The notes under the pieces: generated by a model | Seen by the model: the letters and a program-made list of their open reading frames with translations, nothing else | The model's database searches: none | What the model was told of the DNA's origin: nothing | Source: Candidatus Thorarchaeota archaeon | Lineage (GTDB): Archaea; Asgardarchaeota; Thorarchaeia; Thorarchaeales; Thorarchaeaceae | Direction of reading: 5' to 3' | Length of the DNA stretch: 31,946 nucleotides | Assembly (NCBI GenBank): GCA_048882325.1 | Contig: JBHLRS010000034.1 | Coordinates: 1 to 31,946, forward strand | Shown here: in pieces, positions 27,761 to 31,946 of the stretch | Layout of the letters: each line of letters begins with the position of its first letter | How positions within the stretch are numbered: the stretch's first letter is position 1 | Position numbers and translations under genes: made by a program

Positions 27761-28960
27761 ATGACGAGTAATGAACAACTTTCTGACCAATCTGGATATA
27801 GATGGGTCATCCTGGTTCTTGCTTGGCTTGTCTATTTCGCGTTTGGCTTGATTCTTACCTCAATACCACCCCTGGTGAACATCATAGCAGCAGACCTTTC
27901 GCTGACATACTCAGAGATGGGCATTATTCTCGGTAGTGTCATCTTGATGTATATCCCACTTGCGATTCCAATAGGTGTGGGCATTGATCGAATTGGGCTA
28001 AAGAAAATGATAGCACTGGGGCTCTTATTCATATCGTCATCGGCGGTGTTACGTTCTTTTGTTTTCAATTTTGAATCCCTCTTTCTCATGGTGTTTCTTT
28101 TCGGATTTGGTGGTCCTACAATATCCGTTGGTCTTGCGAAGGTTGCAGCGTCATTCTTTGATGGGAGAGAACGGGGTATCGCATCTGGAATTTATATGAC
28201 TGGAGCTGTGGTAGGATCTGCGTCAGCATTTGCTTTGACCAATTCCATATTCCTGCCTTTGGTGGGTACTTGGCGAAATGTTTTCTCACTCTATGGACTC
28301 TTTGGATTTGTCATAGCAATTTGTTGGATTATCCTAGCCCGAGAGCCATCAGAAAAAACTGAACAGATAAGTAGAATGTTTCCAGTTGGAATGATAGCCC
28401 GATCCCTGCTAGGGAATAGACACATCTGGATGGTAGCTCTGATTGGTTCATCATCATTTCTTGTCTTCTATGGTTTTGGAAACTGGCTTCCTACTCTTCT
28501 AGAGAGAAAAGGATTGGATCCGGTGTATGCTGGCTATCTTGCTTCAATACCGACCTGGACTGGTCTCATAGGGAGTGCAGCCATCCCAGGGCTCTCTAAG
28601 GTTGGAAAGAGACGACCAGTGATTGTGGGATTACTGTCGATTGTAGGAATCACCATTTGCCTAGTTGGTATATCCGAGGACGCCTTGCTTCTGGTTTCTT
28701 TAATTTTGCATGGCATCTTTAGTGGTGCTATAATGCCACTCATGCTTGTAGTCATGATGGATTTACCTGCTGTAGGAGCGGATAATACGGGAATAGCTAG
28801 TGGTCTGTTCTTCTCCATAGGTGCTTCGATGGGCTTTATTGGACCAATCATTGTGGGATATCTTACAGACTTGACAAGTAGTTTCATGCCAGCATTGTTA
28901 CTGCTAACAATAGTAGTTCTCATAATGATTGTACCTACAATCGTTCTTAGGGAAGATTAG
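27761..28960 (+). CDS. MFS transporter (CynX/NimT-like)
   Basis: About 12 TM; YRWVIL, GIDRIGLKK, RERGIASG, SKVGKRRP; GGGTGA RBS. Confidence 0.88.
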   Translation: MTSNEQLSDQSGYRWVILVLAWLVYFAFGLILTSIPPLVNIIAADLSLTYSEMGIILGSVILMYIPLAIPIGVGIDRIGLKKMIALGLLFISSSAVLRSFVFNFESLFLMVFLFGFGGPTISVGLAKVAASFFDGRERGIASGIYMTGAVVGSASAFALTNSIFLPLVGTWRNVFSLYGLFGFVIAICWIILAREPSEKTEQISRMFPVGMIARSLLGNRHIWMVALIGSSSFLVFYGFGNWLPTLLERKGLDPVYAGYLASIPTWTGLIGSAAIPGLSKVGKRRPVIVGLLSIVGITICLVGISEDALLLVSLILHGIFSGAIMPLMLVVMMDLPAVGADNTGIASGLFFSIGASMGFIGPIIVGYLTDLTSSFMPALLLLTIVVLIMIVPTIVLRED

Positions 28961-28965
28961 TGTTT

Positions 28966-29009
28966 AAGAAAAGAAGAGGCTTGCCGCAGAGGTTGATCCC
29001 CTGCAGCAA
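28966..29009 (-). terminator. Hairpin plus pyrimidine/U tract after the Fe-S oxidoreductase gene
   Basis: Minus-strand RNA UUGCUGCAGGGG-AUCAA-CCUCUGCGGCAA (12 bp, two G-U pairs) followed by GCCUCUUCUUUUCUU. Confidence 0.65.
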
Positions 29010-29017
29010 ATCGCCGA

Positions 29018-30325
29018 TTATAGTAGATCATCAATTACTTCAAGTAACTCAACGACTTTCAACTTCGAGCCCTGATCCGAGAGGTCCTTACCGGTTTCTT
29101 CCTCCTCAGCCTTCAGAGCCTTCACTGCATCATTGAAGTTTGTCACACAGAAGGGGCATGAAGTCATGATCTCGTCAGCACCAGTGGATGCAGCCTCCTT
29201 CAAGCGCTCCTTTGCAGCGAACATTGCCATGTCTGGATACTGTGCCTTGACTCCACCACCAGCACCACAGCAGAAACTATCGCCCTTGATGCGATACATC
29301 TCTCTGAGCTCTAGACCAGGTATGTTGCCAAGAACAACTCGTGGGAGCTCGTAGTGAGCCTGCTTCGCCTTCTCAGCGTTCCTGCTGTCAAGCAGCCAGT
29401 TCTTGGACCCTTCTAGAATCTCCTTCTCTATGGCTATTCCAACGTGCCTGATACTGTGACAGGGGTCATGCCAGGTTACCTTCCTGTTGTAGGGCTTCTC
29501 AATCTTGATCTTACCCTCTTCAAGGAGGTCATAGATGAACTCCACTGCATGTCGTGTTTTGAATGGCAATGGTTCGCCACTCATGTGTGGGTAGTCGTTT
29601 CTGAACGTCTTGTAGCACCCAGCGCAGCTGAACAGAACCAGGTCAAAGTCCTTGAACATCTCCAGGTTCTCCTTCATGACCATGTTGAAGACATCTCGTT
29701 GACCAGTCCTCAAGATTGGTGAACCACAACAGACCTCATCTGAAAGGACTGTGTACTCGATTCCCAGTTTGTTCAGGATACTCTCAGTGTGAGTGGCAAT
29801 CTGTTGCTGCCTGTAAGCGGCTGTGCAGCCCACAAAGTACGCGATCTTTGCGTCCTTATTGTCCACGATTCCACTGAACCACTTGGTGCGGTCTCCACGG
29901 GGCTCGTTGTAGGGATTCCGAAGCTCTTCATTCCTGACTCGGGTCCCAAAACCCTTGTGTTTGTCAAGTGGTTCAACTCCGGCATCGATCACCGCTGCTC
30001 TGAGTGCCTCGGTCACATGAACTGTGTCTATGTAGTTTGGACACTGGGTCTCACACATTCCACAGGTTGTGCATGCTTCTGCCACCTCTAACAGCTCCTT
30101 GCTTGCAGGAAGTTCATTATTCAGAAAAGCTCGTGCCATCCACTGTTTTCCTGAGTTGAAGTAGCCTTCCCAACCAAAGTAAAGTCCCGCTGGACACCCC
30201 TGTAGCATCCCGGTGTATGTCTCGTCATTGCCCTCTCTATCTGGTTCACCAGAATAGGCATACTGACAAGCACGGCAGTGGATACAGCGCGCGTTGATCT
30301 TGCGGAGCTCTTCTAGACTCGTCAT
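29018..30325 (-). CDS. HdrD/GlpC-like Fe-S oxidoreductase (2x[4Fe-4S] plus two CCG domains)
   Basis: CIHCRAC...CP, CTTCGMCETQCP; CCG1 GC...EVCCG...CAGC; CCG2 HDPCH...FCCGAGG...SCPFC; GGAGG RBS. Confidence 0.93.
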   Translation of the reverse strand: MTSLEELRKINARCIHCRACQYAYSGEPDREGNDETYTGMLQGCPAGLYFGWEGYFNSGKQWMARAFLNNELPASKELLEVAEACTTCGMCETQCPNYIDTVHVTEALRAAVIDAGVEPLDKHKGFGTRVRNEELRNPYNEPRGDRTKWFSGIVDNKDAKIAYFVGCTAAYRQQQIATHTESILNKLGIEYTVLSDEVCCGSPILRTGQRDVFNMVMKENLEMFKDFDLVLFSCAGCYKTFRNDYPHMSGEPLPFKTRHAVEFIYDLLEEGKIKIEKPYNRKVTWHDPCHSIRHVGIAIEKEILEGSKNWLLDSRNAEKAKQAHYELPRVVLGNIPGLELREMYRIKGDSFCCGAGGGVKAQYPDMAMFAAKERLKEAASTGADEIMTSCPFCVTNFNDAVKALKAEEEETGKDLSDQGSKLKVVELLEVIDDLL

Positions 30326-30396
30326 CTCAATCCATCCTCCTTGTAATCTTAGGTATATTTAGTGTTATGTTTTGTAACATATTTCACACCTTGGTT

Positions 30397-31914
30397 TCAA
30401 TCCTTTAGTGGACTGGGAAGGTCCGTTACGCTCTCCCATGGGATTGCGAGACGACCTGGGTGCAGTATTAAGTTCGGGTCTAACACCTTTCGGAATTTGA
30501 CCAGCATCCTGTAGTATTCCTTTGCCTCCTTGAAGGTTTCTGGAGCGTGGACGAATGGGTCAGGACGATAGTTGATCCAGCCCTTCTTCAGGAAGCTCCT
30601 AGTGGTCTCAAGGTTGAACTCTCTGATTTTGTCCGTGATGTTAGGCTCAGTCCAGTCAAAACACAGAATTGGCATGACGATTGCCTGCCTTGCGTGGTCT
30701 ATGGATGCGACCCACATGGTTTCAGGAAAGCCATGGTCAGCCATGGCGGCGCAATACTCCTCCATCATGGCACTGGACTCGAGCCAGGGACAGTACCAGG
30801 TGATGAACAAGAAACCAGCCTGCCAGAGTGAGTACGGTATGGCAATCTTGTTTGGTTTTTTGAGCCGGGATGCCACCTGCTTGGGATGAAGGTCCTGCTT
30901 TGGCAGGGTCCTCTTCTCTCGGACCTCGTAGTCTTTGTAGATCTTGTCGATACCATCGAGGGTCTCATCCAGCTCCTCCTTGCTCCATGCCCAGCACTCG
31001 TAATTCATCCACTTACGATCGATCCCGATTTTTCGATAAAACTCATAATCTAGTGGGACATTCTCCTTGGGCCAGCGCGTCATAACGAGCTCGTAGTTTC
31101 CACCCTGGACCATAACAGTGCGCTCAGCAATGCCCATCTCATGTTTTGAAATCTCCCATGCTGGCCGGACTATGTCGTCCCAAGACTCTCCTCCGTAGGC
31201 TACCACGGTCTTGTAGTGTGGATGGGGAACCATCTTGATAGCACACTTCGTGATGATACCCATAGAGCCCTGAGAGCCCATGAACAGACCATCAGGATTT
31301 GGACCAACGCCCCAGCGATAGAAGGGCTTTGACCCAGGTAGTGCCCATGAACCAGTGTGAAATATCTCACCGGTTGGAAGGACAACTTCCAGACCCATGA
31401 TCATGTCCGCCTGTGGTCCGTAGACACCAGTCACGAGTGAGAATCCTCGCTCAATGGCGTCACCAAGCACAGTGGCTGCAGGGGGTGCACCGTCAGGGAT
31501 TGGCGGGGCCCAGTCGGGGTATTTAGTCTTGAAAATTCTCCATGCATCACCCGATCTGACACCGGGCTCTACAACCATGACTCTGTTCTCAGTATCGACT
31601 TCCAGTTTGTCCATCCGAGTCATGTCCATGTAGATTCCACCAGGTTCGATGGCAGGTAATGCGAAGCCTCCACTGAGGCCTCCAGCTGCGGGGGTTACAG
31701 GGCTCAGGTTCTCGTTTGCTATGATGAGGATCTTTGATACTTCCTCAGCGCTTCCTGGTCTGACAATGACCTCTGGAACGACAGCCTCAAGACCCATAAT
31801 CCCTCGAGCCATATAGCTATGACGAAGTGGTTCACTTGTAGTAACATACTTCTCTCCACATACTGCAGTGAGTTTGTTGACCACTTCATCGGTGACCTTG
31901 TTGTACTCTACCAA
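30397..31914 (-). CDS. FAD-binding oxidoreductase, VAO/PCMH (GlcD-related) superfamily
   Basis: VRP..AEEV, VEPGV, GLEVVLPTGE, GP..DGLFMGSQGSMGIITK, NYR, LDPNLILHPGR. TTG start with GGAGG RBS. Confidence 0.9.
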   Translation of the reverse strand: MVEYNKVTDEVVNKLTAVCGEKYVTTSEPLRHSYMARGIMGLEAVVPEVIVRPGSAEEVSKILIIANENLSPVTPAAGGLSGGFALPAIEPGGIYMDMTRMDKLEVDTENRVMVVEPGVRSGDAWRIFKTKYPDWAPPIPDGAPPAATVLGDAIERGFSLVTGVYGPQADMIMGLEVVLPTGEIFHTGSWALPGSKPFYRWGVGPNPDGLFMGSQGSMGIITKCAIKMVPHPHYKTVVAYGGESWDDIVRPAWEISKHEMGIAERTVMVQGGNYELVMTRWPKENVPLDYEFYRKIGIDRKWMNYECWAWSKEELDETLDGIDKIYKDYEVREKRTLPKQDLHPKQVASRLKKPNKIAIPYSLWQAGFLFITWYCPWLESSAMMEEYCAAMADHGFPETMWVASIDHARQAIVMPILCFDWTEPNITDKIREFNLETTRSFLKKGWINYRPDPFVHAPETFKEAKEYYRMLVKFRKVLDPNLILHPGRLAIPWESVTDLPSPLKD

Positions 31915-31946
31915 ATGACTAATCCTCCAATGTCAGCCCGTGGGCT

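Noticed and set aside
28981-29009. Hairpin as a SECIS element
   Set aside because: The upstream ORFs have complete Cys motifs and no in-frame TGA; no SECIS core motif recognised.
31935-31946. AGCCC-GT-GGGCT palindrome
   Set aside because: At the window edge and too short to interpret.
1-31946. Short antisense or alternative-frame ORFs in the track; CRISPR, tRNA, rRNA and IS elements
   Set aside because: The short ORFs lie within well-supported genes and show no motifs. Intergenic gaps are under about 240 nt, and I saw no repeat-spacer array, cloverleaf or transposase.

Overview
Gene-dense archaeal chromosomal window with about 31 CDS. I found no rRNA, tRNA, CRISPR array or mobile element. 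Gene content points to an Asgard archaeon, most likely Thorarchaeia (inference): a longin/roadblock protein, a NosD-type beta-helix surface protein with a C-terminal TM+RKK anchor, GGAGG/GGTGA ribosome-binding sites and frequent GTG/TTG starts. Clearly recognisable metabolism: threonine aldolase, a complete B12-dependent methylmalonyl-CoA module (small subunit, meaB, large subunit, epimerase), a GctA/GctB-type CoA-transferase, a HAD hydrolase, an F420-dependent LLM oxidoreductase, two MFS transporters, and a VAO/PCMH-like FAD oxidoreductase paired with an HdrD/GlpC-like CCG protein. The best candidates for undescribed biology are: (1) a left-end cluster of a longin-roadblock-roadblock-like protein, a V4R/Bet3-like protein with an internal duplication, and a 4-TM protein; (2) a Met/His-rich surface protein next to a membrane-spanning winged-HTH regulator, with a tandem palindromic operator abutting the TATA box; (3) a secreted superoxide-reductase-like protein whose mature N-terminus is His and which lacks the fourth His ligand; (4) tandem Zn-ribbon proteins with cysteine-string TM tails. 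All family assignments come from motif recognition by eye; no database search was run.
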